This document shows, piece after piece, positions 11,160 to 21,245 of a stretch of 64,000 nt of DNA. The stretch's first letter is position 1, and the number at the start of each line of letters is the position of its first letter. The DNA is from Algoriphagus sp. GTDB taxonomy: Bacteria; Bacteroidota; Bacteroidia; Cytophagales; Cyclobacteriaceae. The DNA is taken from positions 17,984-81,983 of the forward strand of contig JANQWS010000094.1 in NCBI GenBank assembly GCA_030729785.1. The letters run 5' to 3'. A program made the translations under genes and the position numbers. Under the pieces are notes generated by a model. The model was not told the origin of the DNA. It did no database searches and saw only the letters and a list, made by a program, of their open reading frames with translations.

Positions 11160-12254
11160 ATGCAACGGTTTTTTGTTTACCTAATCCTTTTTGCACTTAC
11201 CTTCCTCCTATTTGGATGGTATTTTTCAGCTATTTCATTGTACCTGGTCATCGCACTAATTTTTGCTGCACTTTTACGGCCTATTACCAATAAAATCAAC
11301 GAAGTGCATCTTATTGGACAGCATATTCCCAGAGGAATTGCGATTTTATTATCGTATATAGGAGTGGTATCCTTGATTTTTCTTTTGGGACTTTTATTTT
11401 TTCCCTTGATCAGTCAACAAGTGAAAATTTTGAGCGAGTTGAATTTAGAGAGTATTTACCTACAGCTGGAAACACCTCTTGAAAAAATTGAGCGATTCCT
11501 CATAAAATACCAACTCCTAGAAAATAAATCAGGGATCCTGTTGGAGAAACTTCGGATTGCCATTCAAGAAACCTTAAAAAAGTTTGATGTTGGCGGATTT
11601 ATCACTGGTGCAATTACAATCACAAGCACCATATTTATCGGCATCTTGGCCGTAGCATTTATCACTTTTTTCCTATTGCTAGAAAATGGACTGCTACGGA
11701 GAAACTTGCTCAATCTCATTCCAAATGCTTATTTTGAGCTTTCTGTGGCTACTTTTACCAAGGTGGAAAAATTACTTTCGAATTACCTTTTTGGCTTATT
11801 GATTCAAATTATGGCTATTTTTCTAATGGCCTCCTTAGCTTTAAGTCTAGCTGGTGTCGAATATGCTTTGACCATCGCACTTTTTGCAGCTATTGCCAAC
11901 CTAATTCCCTATGCTGGACCTATACTAGGTGCAGTTTTTGGTGTGGTGGTCGGGATTTCAACAGGAAACTTTACGGCAGACAGTGATTACAACTATTTTT
12001 TGATTAAAATAATTTCAGCATTTACAGTGGTTCAAGTAACCGATAACGTACTCCTGCAGCCGCTTATTTTTTCCAAATCTGTAAAAGCACATCCCCTTGA
12101 AATATTTGTTATTATCTTTGCCGGAGCAAAAATCGCAGGTATACCAGGAATGATTTTTGCTATTCCCGTCTACACCATTTTCAGAGTGTCGATTTTGGAA
12201 TTTTTCAATGGTTACAAGTCCTACAAAATATTTAAAATTAAAGCAACGAATTAA
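11160..12254 (+). CDS. AI-2E family transporter
   Basis: Hydrophobic protein with NLIPYAGP and [21 protein letters not shown]; stop overlaps the ychF start (TAATG). Confidence 0.85.
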   Translation: MQRFFVYLILFALTFLLFGWYFSAISLYLVIALIFAALLRPITNKINEVHLIGQHIPRGIAILLSYIGVVSLIFLLGLLFFPLISQQVKILSELNLESIYLQLETPLEKIERFLIKYQLLENKSGILLEKLRIAIQETLKKFDVGGFITGAITITSTIFIGILAVAFITFFLLLENGLLRRNLLNLIPNAYFELSVATFTKVEKLLSNYLFGLLIQIMAIFLMASLALSLAGVEYALTIALFAAIANLIPYAGPILGAVFGVVVGISTGNFTADSDYNYFLIKIISAFTVVQVTDNVLLQPLIFSKSVKAHPLEIFVIIFAGAKIAGIPGMIFAIPVYTIFRVSILEFFNGYKSYKIFKIKATN

Positions 12255-13351
12255 TGGCATTACAATGTGGCATAGTAGGTCTTCCCAATGTGGGTAAATC
12301 TACCTTGTTTAATGCGCTTTCGAGCGCCAAAGCAGAAGCAGCTAACTTTCCTTTTTGTACCATAGAGCCCAATGTGGGTGTAGTATCGGTTCCTGATGCT
12401 CGCTTACAGGAATTGGAAGCTTTAGTTAATCCCCAACGCGTAGTTCCCACCATTATTGAATTTGTGGATATTGCTGGCCTTGTCAAAGGTGCCTCCAAAG
12501 GGGAAGGTTTGGGGAATAAATTTTTAGCAAACATCCGTGAGGTGGATGCCATCATTCATGTTATCCGATGCTTTGAAGATAACAATATCGTCCACGTTGC
12601 CGGAGGCGTAGACCCAATATTTGACAAAGAGGTCATCGATACCGAATTGCAGTTGAAAGATTTGGAATCCGTAGAAAAAAAGATTCAACGGATCGAAAAA
12701 ATGGCCAAATCTGGAGATGCCAAAGCAAAACGAGAATTGGAAACTTTGCTCCAATTTAAAGAAGGATTGACCTCAGGTTTGAATGCTCGAGCTATCGAAG
12801 TAGAGAAAGAGGATTTAGAAGCCGTTCGTGACCTTCATCTCCTTACTATCAAGCCTGTACTCTATGTGGCCAATGTGGACGAGGCCAGCATTCACACAGG
12901 AAATGCTTTTGTCACCAAACTTCGTGAAAAAGTAAAAGAAGAAAATGCAGAAGTTATCGTCCTTTGTGCAGCCATTGAATCTCAAATCGCTGAATTTGAC
13001 GACCCAGAAGAAAAGGCCATGTTTCTTGGTGAATATGGGCTAAACGAAAGCGGACTCAATCGCTTGATTTATGGTGCTTATACCCTACTCAATTTGATTA
13101 CTTACTTTACTGCAGGAGTACAAGAAGTTCGCGCTTGGACGATACGAAAAGGTTGGAAAGCTCCACAAGCGGCAGGCGTAATTCATACGGACTTTGAACG
13201 AGGATTTATCAAGGCAGAAGTCATTCGACTCGCAGATTATAAACAATTTAAGAGCGAGGCAGTTTGTAGAGAAAATGGTAAAATCTCGATCGAAGGCAAG
13301 GAGTACATTGTTCAAGATGGTGATATTATGCATTTTAGATTTAATGTTTAA
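12254..13351 (+). CDS. ychF: Redox-regulated ribosome-binding ATPase YchF
   Basis: [33 protein letters not shown]-terminal TGS domain ending [13 protein letters not shown]. Confidence 0.97.
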   Translation: MALQCGIVGLPNVGKSTLFNALSSAKAEAANFPFCTIEPNVGVVSVPDARLQELEALVNPQRVVPTIIEFVDIAGLVKGASKGEGLGNKFLANIREVDAIIHVIRCFEDNNIVHVAGGVDPIFDKEVIDTELQLKDLESVEKKIQRIEKMAKSGDAKAKRELETLLQFKEGLTSGLNARAIEVEKEDLEAVRDLHLLTIKPVLYVANVDEASIHTGNAFVTKLREKVKEENAEVIVLCAAIESQIAEFDDPEEKAMFLGEYGLNESGLNRLIYGAYTLLNLITYFTAGVQEVRAWTIRKGWKAPQAAGVIHTDFERGFIKAEVIRLADYKQFKSEAVCRENGKISIEGKEYIVQDGDIMHFRFNV

Positions 13352-13447
13352 AATTTGCTGATTTTTTTGTGTAAGTTTACAGCACTTATTTTAGACACCG
13401 AGTGATGATATTCAAAACTCGTATTGTTTCATTATATTTTTAAAACC

Positions 13448-14338
13448 GTGAGAGTACGTTTAATATTTTCGTTAAAAAATAAAGGCTCTTTTTTGCCTTT
13501 TCATCACCAGTATATACTGGCTCAATTTCTGAAAGGACTGATTGTCAAAGGAGGAAAGGAGGAGTTCTACAATTACAATTTCTTCAATTTCTCTGGATTG
13601 AAGGGTCAAACCAAGGTAAGCCGTAGTGGACTTCACTATTACTCTAGTTTGGTCACCTTGGTATTGTCATCCCAAAGTGAGGAATTCATCGATTACTTGC
13701 TAGAACAAGTATTTGCTACTTCAAAAATTGAGTTGGGCAACTTGATTCTTTCTCCTGAATACACTGAACTCGAAGCTGAGCCAATCTTGGAAGTTTCCAA
13801 TAAGTTTGTATGTATCTCCCCCTTAGTCCTTATCACACCCGCTTTCAATGAAGAAGCTGGCAAGCGATTCATCAATCCAGATAGCGACGAGTTCTCAGAT
13901 CTCTTGTACGAATCTACATTGACCCGAATGGAGAAATCTGGCTGGTACAGCCCAGAACAAATGGAATCCTTTTTTAAGTTCCAGGTGGTACCTGATATGG
14001 TTTATGTGAATAAACTGAAAGAGCAACAGAAAAAATTTGCACGAATATATGCCGTCTACGACCTAGACGTAAAATACGAAGTTCGTGGCTACACACTTCC
14101 ATTTACCCTGTATGCTGCTCCTGAAGTCCAAGATTTTGTATTTAAGTGTGGCTTAGGCGCCTTTACCCACAAAGGTTTTGGAATGATGGACTTAGCCACA
14201 CACCCTGCTGATAATAAAACTACTCCTTACAAATTCAAAAGAGAAGGTTTTGTACCTTATAAGGCCACGGGAGAACGAGTTCGTCAAAATGTAGCGCCAA
14301 CAGAAGAAGAAACTGAAGCCCCTACCGAAGAATCCTAA
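13448..14338 (+). CDS. cas6: Stand-alone Cas6-like (RAMP) endoribonuclease/RNA-binding protein
   Basis: N-terminal MRVRLIF..LPFHHQY, FNFS, central ISPLVL, and a C-terminal glycine-rich loop GLGAFTHKGFG matching the Cas6 GhGxxxxxGhG signature. Start placed at GTG 13448. Confidence 0.8.
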   Translation: MRVRLIFSLKNKGSFLPFHHQYILAQFLKGLIVKGGKEEFYNYNFFNFSGLKGQTKVSRSGLHYYSSLVTLVLSSQSEEFIDYLLEQVFATSKIELGNLILSPEYTELEAEPILEVSNKFVCISPLVLITPAFNEEAGKRFINPDSDEFSDLLYESTLTRMEKSGWYSPEQMESFFKFQVVPDMVYVNKLKEQQKKFARIYAVYDLDVKYEVRGYTLPFTLYAAPEVQDFVFKCGLGAFTHKGFGMMDLATHPADNKTTPYKFKREGFVPYKATGERVRQNVAPTEEETEAPTEES

Positions 14339-14359
14339 TTCCTTGAAATAGTAGTTACT

Positions 14360-14399
14360 AGCCCCTAAAAAACACGTATTTTTTAGGGGTTATTTTTTA
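14360..14399. terminator. Bidirectional terminator
   Basis: GCCCCTAAAAAA-cacgta-TTTTTTAGGGGT between convergent genes. Confidence 0.75.
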
Positions 14400-14405
14400 T
14401 TAGGC

Positions 14406-15680
14406 TTAGAGTCTTCGCTTATTTGGTTGCAAATACACATAGCCAACCAACTGATCGTAGCGAGAACCGAGACCTCTGTAATACACGAATACCTCGTATT
14501 CATTTTCGGTTTGAAAGTGACTTCCTTCCAAGGATTCAAAGTCATAGGTTCCGTCTCCATTTACATATGCAAACTGGTAATCGTACCAACCTTGCTTCAA
14601 TAACAAAGAAGTAGCATACATGCGTTTCTTGCTATCGTAAACCATCGTCGCTTCAGGTGCCTTTCCCCATTGGCTAAGCCCACCCATCAATTTGATATTT
14701 TTTCCTGGTACATCGTTGAGGTAAAAAGTAGTATATACATATTCGCTTTCTACTTCAGGATCCCCACCAGGTCGATCGTTGGTTTGGATTACATATTGAC
14801 CATTCAGATCCAGATACTGTACATAAGCTCCAATAGGTCTTGGAACATCTACTCGCGCATCAGCCACCACTAAGGATTCTTCTACCTTAACCGAAGCTAC
14901 ATTTACTCCCGTCGCACGGATAAAGCGTAAGTCTATAAATCGAAACTCATTTCCAGCACGAAAGGTACTCTCTCCTTCAAAAGGTTCGTAACGAATGAGT
15001 TTTGAATTCTGATTCAAAAAAGTAGGCGTAAGCAACACTTTTGCATTGTCCCAACGCTGGTTTTGTCGAATTACTACTTTTATTTGGGCCTGAGGATCAA
15101 TCACTTCTAGGTTACTGTAGTTGACAGAGACATTTATTTGTTGCAAGGTCCTACGGTCTTCGGCCTGTGTGGGGGGTACTACTTGAGCTGCCACTGCAGC
15201 ACTATTCTCTATAACCATAAACCGCTTGGTGAAAATCACTGCATTTTCATCCCGATTTTTATAAACTTTAAGAAGGTAATTCCCTGATTTACTGACCCGA
15301 GGAACAATAAAGGAATACCGAATATAGGGCATTCGGGTATTCACAGAATAAGCGTAATCCATTAAAGTGAATTCATTAAAAGACAAGGAAAAATCCGTGT
15401 CTCTCAAACCCGATTTCTTCCAATCTGAATCACAGTGAACCAGTTTGGCCGTATACAACTCCGGATCATAGGACACATCATCAAACCACACGACAAGGGA
15501 TTTGGAATCTGTCAAAGAAATCACAGGCGCATTCAATTGATTTTCTACCTCTCCTCCATTTGGAAACATCCGTACAGAAAGAATGTGATCCGCAAAAACC
15601 TTATCCTCAAGCACCTGTGCATTTCCCATAAAAGAGAAGAGGAGAAAAAAAGTGAGTAGGACTTGAGTTTTCATTGACAT
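14406..15680 (-). CDS. Type IX secretion system plug protein (DUF5103)
   Basis: Signal peptide; HCDSDW, SGNYLLKVY, QNQRWDNA, GNEFRFID, LLKQGWYDY, EGSHFQTENEY motifs. Confidence 0.8.
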   Translation of the reverse strand: MSMKTQVLLTFFLLFSFMGNAQVLEDKVFADHILSVRMFPNGGEVENQLNAPVISLTDSKSLVVWFDDVSYDPELYTAKLVHCDSDWKKSGLRDTDFSLSFNEFTLMDYAYSVNTRMPYIRYSFIVPRVSKSGNYLLKVYKNRDENAVIFTKRFMVIENSAAVAAQVVPPTQAEDRRTLQQINVSVNYSNLEVIDPQAQIKVVIRQNQRWDNAKVLLTPTFLNQNSKLIRYEPFEGESTFRAGNEFRFIDLRFIRATGVNVASVKVEESLVVADARVDVPRPIGAYVQYLDLNGQYVIQTNDRPGGDPEVESEYVYTTFYLNDVPGKNIKLMGGLSQWGKAPEATMVYDSKKRMYATSLLLKQGWYDYQFAYVNGDGTYDFESLEGSHFQTENEYEVFVYYRGLGSRYDQLVGYVYLQPNKRRL

Positions 15681-15690
15681 ATCCTGATGC

Positions 15691-17616
15691 TTAAGTCAAT
15701 AGCTGCTGCACTAATGAAATTTGATCTACCAACTTCTCCCAATTGGCATTTACTGTATCAAGTGACGCTTGAATTTGCTGGTAACTTGCCTGTGTTTTCT
15801 GGGATTCCAACTCATCCAAGTATAAGGAAGGGTCTGCCAATTTGATTTCCAAATCCTGCTTTTGAACTTCCAATTGGTGTATTTCCTTTTCGACAGCTTG
15901 CAACTGGTCCTCTAATTTCTTCAATTCCCTTTTGGCTTGCTGCGTATCTTCTTTACTTTTTGTGGGACTCACGGATGCTGCTTTAACCGGCTTTTGTGTA
16001 GGTGCAGCAGCCACCTGTTCTACTTGCTGACTTCTCCAAAACTCATACTCCTCATAAGTTCCTGGGTACTCCTTGATTTCATGCTGCTCAATGTACCAGA
16101 TTTTATTAGCCACCCCTTTGATAAAGTGGCGGTCGTGGGAAACCGTGATAAAGGTCCCCTCATATTGCTGCAGGGCCTGAATTAGAATATTCACAGATTG
16201 AAAATCCAAATGGTTGGTCGGTTCATCCAGTAACAAGAAATTGGCTTCAGAAATCAGGGTTTTGGCCAAAGCCACTCTTGACTTCTCCCCACCTGACAAC
16301 ACCTTGATTTTTTTGTATACCTCTTCGTTGGAAAAAAGAAAACATCCCAAAACACCCCGCAACTCCATTTCAGTTTTACCACTTCCTGCCTGAGACATTT
16401 CTTGAATGATCTCATTATCTAAGGTCAATGCTTCCAATTGATGCTGTGCAAAAAAGGATTTGATCACGTTGTGACCCTCTCCCCGCTTACCAGAAATTGC
16501 CTCTGTTCCCGCAATAATGCGAAGTAAGGTAGATTTTCCTTTTCCATTAGCTCCAATCAAGGCAATCTTATCCCCACGCTCAATTCTGGCAATGGTATTT
16601 TTCAAAATCGTCAAGTCCCCATAAGCTTTGGATACCTGATCCAAGGTGACCACATCACGACCTGATTTTTGTGAAAATTTAAATTTAAAATTCACAAATG
16701 CCTCGTCATTCACTACCTCGTGCACACGCTCCATTCGATCCAATGCCTTAATTCGGGATTGAACCTGATTGGACTTGGTGGCCTTTGCTCGGAAACGTTC
16801 AATAAATCGCTCCGTTTGCTTAATTTGTTGCTGCTGATTTTCGTAGGCGTTTTGCTGCAACTCCATCCGTAATTTTTTCTCCTCTTTGTAAAAGGAGTAA
16901 TTACCCGGATAGGAAGTTAAAGTCTCGTTAGCCACCTCTACCGTGGTACTAATGCAATTGTCCAGAAAAGTCTGGTCGTGAGAAACGACTACTACAGCAC
17001 CTTCGTAATTTTTGAGGTAATTCTCCACCCATTGAATAGAAGGAAGATCCAGGTGGTTGGTCGGTTCATCCAGCATCAGCAGGGCGGGCTTTTCCAATAG
17101 CAATTTGGCAAGCATGACACGCATCCTCCATCCTCCAGAAAACTGGCGCAAAGGCTTCTGCAAGTCATTGGTTTGAAACCCAATCCCCTCCAATACCTCT
17201 TCAGCTTTGGCTTTAATGGTATAGCCCTCATTGGATTCAAATCGATCCTGAAGGTGCGCAAGTCGGTTGATTACCTCTTCCGAATAATCTGTTTCCATCA
17301 ATTTCAACACCTGATCTATTTCTTCTTGAATCGCCAAAGTCTCTTTAAATGCTGCCAATGCAACATCTAAAATGGAATCATCCGACTGGTAGGATAGTAA
17401 GTCTTGATTTAGAAATCCAATGGTACAATCCTTAGCCTTCTGCACCTCTCCCGTGGTGGGTAGGTAATCCCCATGGATAATTTTGAGCAAGGTTGATTTC
17501 CCAGTACCATTCTGACCTACTAGGCCAATTTTATCTTTGGGCTTGATATGTAAGTTGGCATTTTCGTACAGCGCACGGCCGCCAATAAAATACGAGAGGT
17601 TACTGATGGATAACAT
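15691..17616 (-). CDS. ABC-F family ATPase (ribosome-associated)
   Basis: Two NBDs (GQNGTGKST, GANGKGKST; LDEPTNHLD twice), no TM segments, C-terminal coiled coil. Confidence 0.93.
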   Translation of the reverse strand: MLSISNLSYFIGGRALYENANLHIKPKDKIGLVGQNGTGKSTLLKIIHGDYLPTTGEVQKAKDCTIGFLNQDLLSYQSDDSILDVALAAFKETLAIQEEIDQVLKLMETDYSEEVINRLAHLQDRFESNEGYTIKAKAEEVLEGIGFQTNDLQKPLRQFSGGWRMRVMLAKLLLEKPALLMLDEPTNHLDLPSIQWVENYLKNYEGAVVVVSHDQTFLDNCISTTVEVANETLTSYPGNYSFYKEEKKLRMELQQNAYENQQQQIKQTERFIERFRAKATKSNQVQSRIKALDRMERVHEVVNDEAFVNFKFKFSQKSGRDVVTLDQVSKAYGDLTILKNTIARIERGDKIALIGANGKGKSTLLRIIAGTEAISGKRGEGHNVIKSFFAQHQLEALTLDNEIIQEMSQAGSGKTEMELRGVLGCFLFSNEEVYKKIKVLSGGEKSRVALAKTLISEANFLLLDEPTNHLDFQSVNILIQALQQYEGTFITVSHDRHFIKGVANKIWYIEQHEIKEYPGTYEEYEFWRSQQVEQVAAAPTQKPVKAASVSPTKSKEDTQQAKRELKKLEDQLQAVEKEIHQLEVQKQDLEIKLADPSLYLDELESQKTQASYQQIQASLDTVNANWEKLVDQISLVQQLLT

Positions 17617-17697
17617 GGCGCAAAAATAACCAATACTCCATTCTAATCTGAATCATTCTCAGAACTATTCGGTTAAATTTACTCAAAATTCAATCCC

Positions 17698-18888
17698 ATG
17701 CTTCGACCCCTTCATTTCTTACCCATTTTTGCTTCCTTACTTCTACTCAGCCTTTTCGCTTGTAGCAATGAAAAGTCAGCCACCTTAACTACTCCTGTAG
17801 GCACAAAAATAAGGATTGACGCAGCCAAATCGGACGTGCAACTGGAAAAAATCCAACTTCCAGAAGGTTTTAGTATTGAGGTATGGGCAGCAGATGTGCC
17901 GAATGCACGATCCATGGCCCTATCAGAAAGTGGGATTGTGTTCGTAGGAAATAGGCAAGAAAAAAATGTCTATGCGCTCGTAGATGAAAATGGTGATGGA
18001 AAAGCAGACAGCAAATACATCCTTGCTAATAACCTTCGTATGCCCAATGGAGTAGCCATTAAGGATGGAGACCTCTATGTGGCAGAAGTATCTCGGATTT
18101 TACGCTTCAAAGACATCGAGAAAAATCTAGAAAATCCAACCTTTGAAGTAGTCTATGAGAACTACCCAGACGAAGCCCATCACGGTTGGAAGTTTATTGC
18201 CTTTGGACCCGATGGCTTACTATACATCCCAGTCGGTGCTCCTTGCAATATCTGTGTGTCTGAAAATCCTATTTTTGCAAGCATCACCCGGTTAGATGTG
18301 CGCAATCCTGGTGCAAAACCTGAAATCTACGCCCATGGGGTTCGTAATTCAGTTGGCATGGATTGGCATCCAATCAGCAAAGAATTATGGTTTACCGACA
18401 ACGGACGTGATATGCTTGGCGACGATATACCTGATTGTGAACTCAATAGAGCCACACGGTTTGGGCAGCATTTTGGATACCCCTACTGGCATGCAGGCAC
18501 CATCCAAGATCCTGAAGTAGGCTCGGAGGGCAAAGAGGCTTCATTTTATACCCTTCCTGCAGCCAAATTAGGCGCACATACTGCTCCTTTGGGAATTCGC
18601 TTTTACGAAGGAGATCTTTTTCCTGCTAGCTACAAGCACCAATTATTCATTGCCAAGCATGGCAGTTGGAACCGCAGTAAAAAATCTGGGTACGAAGTGG
18701 TATTGGCACGAATGGATTCTACTGGAACAGTTACAGGCCAAGAGGCCTTTGCTACCGGTTGGCTAGATGCCGAAAGCCAGGAGGCCTGGGGAAGACCAGT
18801 AGATGTACAGGAACTGAAGGATGGAAGTTTACTGATCTCGGATGATGTAGCCAACTGCATTTACCGGGTCACTTACACGCAACACTAA
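17698..18888 (+). CDS. Glucose/sorbosone dehydrogenase family beta-propeller lipoprotein
   Basis: Lipobox LFAC; GAPCNIC, GVRNSVG, WFTDNGRD, HGSWNR, GRPVDV. Confidence 0.85.
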   Translation: MLRPLHFLPIFASLLLLSLFACSNEKSATLTTPVGTKIRIDAAKSDVQLEKIQLPEGFSIEVWAADVPNARSMALSESGIVFVGNRQEKNVYALVDENGDGKADSKYILANNLRMPNGVAIKDGDLYVAEVSRILRFKDIEKNLENPTFEVVYENYPDEAHHGWKFIAFGPDGLLYIPVGAPCNICVSENPIFASITRLDVRNPGAKPEIYAHGVRNSVGMDWHPISKELWFTDNGRDMLGDDIPDCELNRATRFGQHFGYPYWHAGTIQDPEVGSEGKEASFYTLPAAKLGAHTAPLGIRFYEGDLFPASYKHQLFIAKHGSWNRSKKSGYEVVLARMDSTGTVTGQEAFATGWLDAESQEAWGRPVDVQELKDGSLLISDDVANCIYRVTYTQH

Positions 18889-18997
18889 TCAGAAAATGAT
18901 TGTGAGCATTCGTTTGAAAACAAACTAAGTGATTATTCGCGAAATAGGCTGAGACTTAAATTAGGTTTGAATTACTGAGGATAATTTAGGGGCACCC

Positions 18998-19342
18998 TTA
19001 TAAGGTTTGAATTGCTTCAATAAATAGATATGCATTCAGCACAAAAAATGAAAATGCTGGTACTATCACCAGCCAGGGATCTTTGATCCGTATTCTTACA
19101 GCCACTCCTAGCAACATCAAGAGAGAAAGACCTCCAGCAGAAAAGACGAGTAATGGAGGAAAGACTAGGCCGACAAGTAAGCCTAGAGCACCAAAAATCT
19201 CTAAGGTAGCAGTGAGTGCTCCAAATTTAGCTAGACCAAAACGAATAAACTCCTCCTTCATTTTGGATGAGGTAAAAAACGCAACTCCATATGCAACAAA
19301 AGAAAAGCTAGAAAAAAGCACTAGCACTTCGCGTATTCCCAT
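18998..19342 (-). CDS. DoxX-like membrane protein
   Basis: Four TM segments, MKEEFIRFGL...LEIFGALGLL; start overlaps the upstream stop (TGATG). Confidence 0.75.
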   Translation of the reverse strand: MGIREVLVLFSSFSFVAYGVAFFTSSKMKEEFIRFGLAKFGALTATLEIFGALGLLVGLVFPPLLVFSAGGLSLLMLLGVAVRIRIKDPWLVIVPAFSFFVLNAYLFIEAIQTL

Positions 19343-19692
19343 CAAGAAATCCAGTTAAGGGAAACTGCGGCAACGAACAAACAAAGTACCAAAAGAACTA
19401 GCGATGGGATTCGTTTTGAGACTGGGTTATTTACTTTGAAGTGAAAATATTGAGCACTAATCATCAGAAAGCCCATCAGCAAAGCAGGAATCAATACCAA
19501 AGAAGGATACCAAATGCCAACGACGAGTAAGGTTGCTAAGATAAGTTTAGTTGAACCAACCACAGATCGGGTAAGCACACTAAGCTCATAGTGATGAAAT
19601 TCTTTAACAATATTGTCAAACCTAAAAACCCAAACTACTACTATCGATAGCGCTATAACTAGCTGGGCAAAGAGGGAAAGGGTAAGGATCAT
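19342..19692 (-). CDS. DoxX-like membrane protein
   Basis: VWVFRFDNIVKEF..Y, four TM segments, HFKV. Confidence 0.7.
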   Translation of the reverse strand: MILTLSLFAQLVIALSIVVVWVFRFDNIVKEFHHYELSVLTRSVVGSTKLILATLLVVGIWYPSLVLIPALLMGFLMISAQYFHFKVNNPVSKRIPSLVLLVLCLFVAAVSLNWIS

Positions 19693-19922
19693 AAATTAAT
19701 TTGTATAGGCCCAAGCTAAATGAGCTAGTTAGTTTAATGAAATAATTAAGATCAAGTTAGGGATTTAATTGATTTTTAGTAGCTGAACCATACTTATGTT
19801 CACCTAGACTAAGAATGAAACAAAAGAAATTAATAAAAACACTTTTCACCAAAATACCAGATGAAAGTGGATTTTGATTGCCCACTTTAGTAGGAAGAAA
19901 TGCTTTTGTTGGTAATTAAAAT

Positions 19923-21242
19923 CTAGCTCAACCAATCTGGTTTAGTGGTTACTATTTCAGCTTTCAATTGATTAAGTAAATTATATATCCCAAAATAGGT
20001 TCTATTCACATATAATCCATGTCTAGAACCTCTCGCTTGATTGGACTTTTTAAACATTTTATCATTTGCAATTCGATCCCCAAGCTGAAAGATTTGATTA
20101 AAAAACTCATTGTTAGAAAAATCAAATTTTTCAACGTGAAACGGAGTTCCCAACAAAGCAATCATCTCAGAGAAAATTGACTTAAAATATTTTTTTTCCT
20201 CTTCAGTATCTTTATCTGAGATAAATTCTAAATCATAAAATATCTGATTTAATTCCTCTTCTTTGATGAGTAAATCTTTCTTAATTAACGAAAAATATCC
20301 CTTGTAAAAGTCCACTGGAATTACTTTAACGCATCCAAAATCAATAATCCCTAAAGTTCCATCCTCTTGAATGATAAAGTTTCCTGGATGCGGATCTGCA
20401 TGCACCTGTTTCAAATTATGCACTTGGTGATGGTAAAAATCCCATAAAGCTTGACCTATTCGATTTCTTTGTTCTTGAGAAGGGTTAGTTTCCATCCACT
20501 CTTTGATGTGCTTCCCCTCTAACCAATCCATGGTAATTATTCGGTCCGAACTGAGCGAATCGTAATACTTGGGAAAACGAAGATTGGGTATGGCTGTGCA
20601 GGATTCAGAAATTTCTCTTGAACGTTTTATTTCCAAGGTATAATCTGTCTCTTCCAGCAATCGCTCTTCCACTTCCTGCATGTAATGGTTCAGTTCCTGC
20701 TCGTTCATATTTAACAGACGCAAAGCAATTGGCTTAACAAGTTTCAAATCTGAACTAACTGAATCACCCACTCCTGGATATTGGATTTTGACAGCAAAGG
20801 TCTTATCTCCTTGAGTTGCTTGATGCACTTGACCAATCGATGCCGCATTGATGGCTGACCGGCTAAAAGTGTCAAAAAGTTGTTCAGGGGTCTTTTGAAA
20901 ATGCTTTTGAAAGGTCTTCACCACCAAGGGATAGGACAAAGGAGGCGCAGTGTATTGCGCCATTGAAAATTTATCTTGATACGCCCTCGGAAGCAAATTT
21001 TTATCCATGGACATCATTTGAGCCACCTTGAGCGCAGAACCCTTGAGTTCACTTAGAGAGTTGTAAATATCCGAAGCATTATTCTGGTGCAATTCCTCTC
21101 GATTGAGTGCCGGATTGACCATTTTTTTTGCGTAATGCTTGACATAATTTCCCCCTACTTTCGCTCCTGTAGAAATAAATTTAGCCGCACGCTGAACTTT
21201 AGAAACAGGAATAGATCCCTGTTCTTTTACCTTGTCAGACAT
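19923..21242 (-). CDS. AarF/ABC1/UbiB family atypical kinase
   Basis: ALKVAQ, AASIGQVH, AVKIQYPG, HADPHPGNF, IDFG. Confidence 0.92.
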   Translation of the reverse strand: MSDKVKEQGSIPVSKVQRAAKFISTGAKVGGNYVKHYAKKMVNPALNREELHQNNASDIYNSLSELKGSALKVAQMMSMDKNLLPRAYQDKFSMAQYTAPPLSYPLVVKTFQKHFQKTPEQLFDTFSRSAINAASIGQVHQATQGDKTFAVKIQYPGVGDSVSSDLKLVKPIALRLLNMNEQELNHYMQEVEERLLEETDYTLEIKRSREISESCTAIPNLRFPKYYDSLSSDRIITMDWLEGKHIKEWMETNPSQEQRNRIGQALWDFYHHQVHNLKQVHADPHPGNFIIQEDGTLGIIDFGCVKVIPVDFYKGYFSLIKKDLLIKEEELNQIFYDLEFISDKDTEEEKKYFKSIFSEMIALLGTPFHVEKFDFSNNEFFNQIFQLGDRIANDKMFKKSNQARGSRHGLYVNRTYFGIYNLLNQLKAEIVTTKPDWLS

Positions 21243-21245
21243 TTC

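Noticed and set aside
13352-14405. CRISPR array or leader next to cas6
   Set aside because: The flanks are only ~95 and ~65 nt and hold a promoter region and a terminator. I saw no regularly spaced 24-47 nt direct repeats here or elsewhere in the window.
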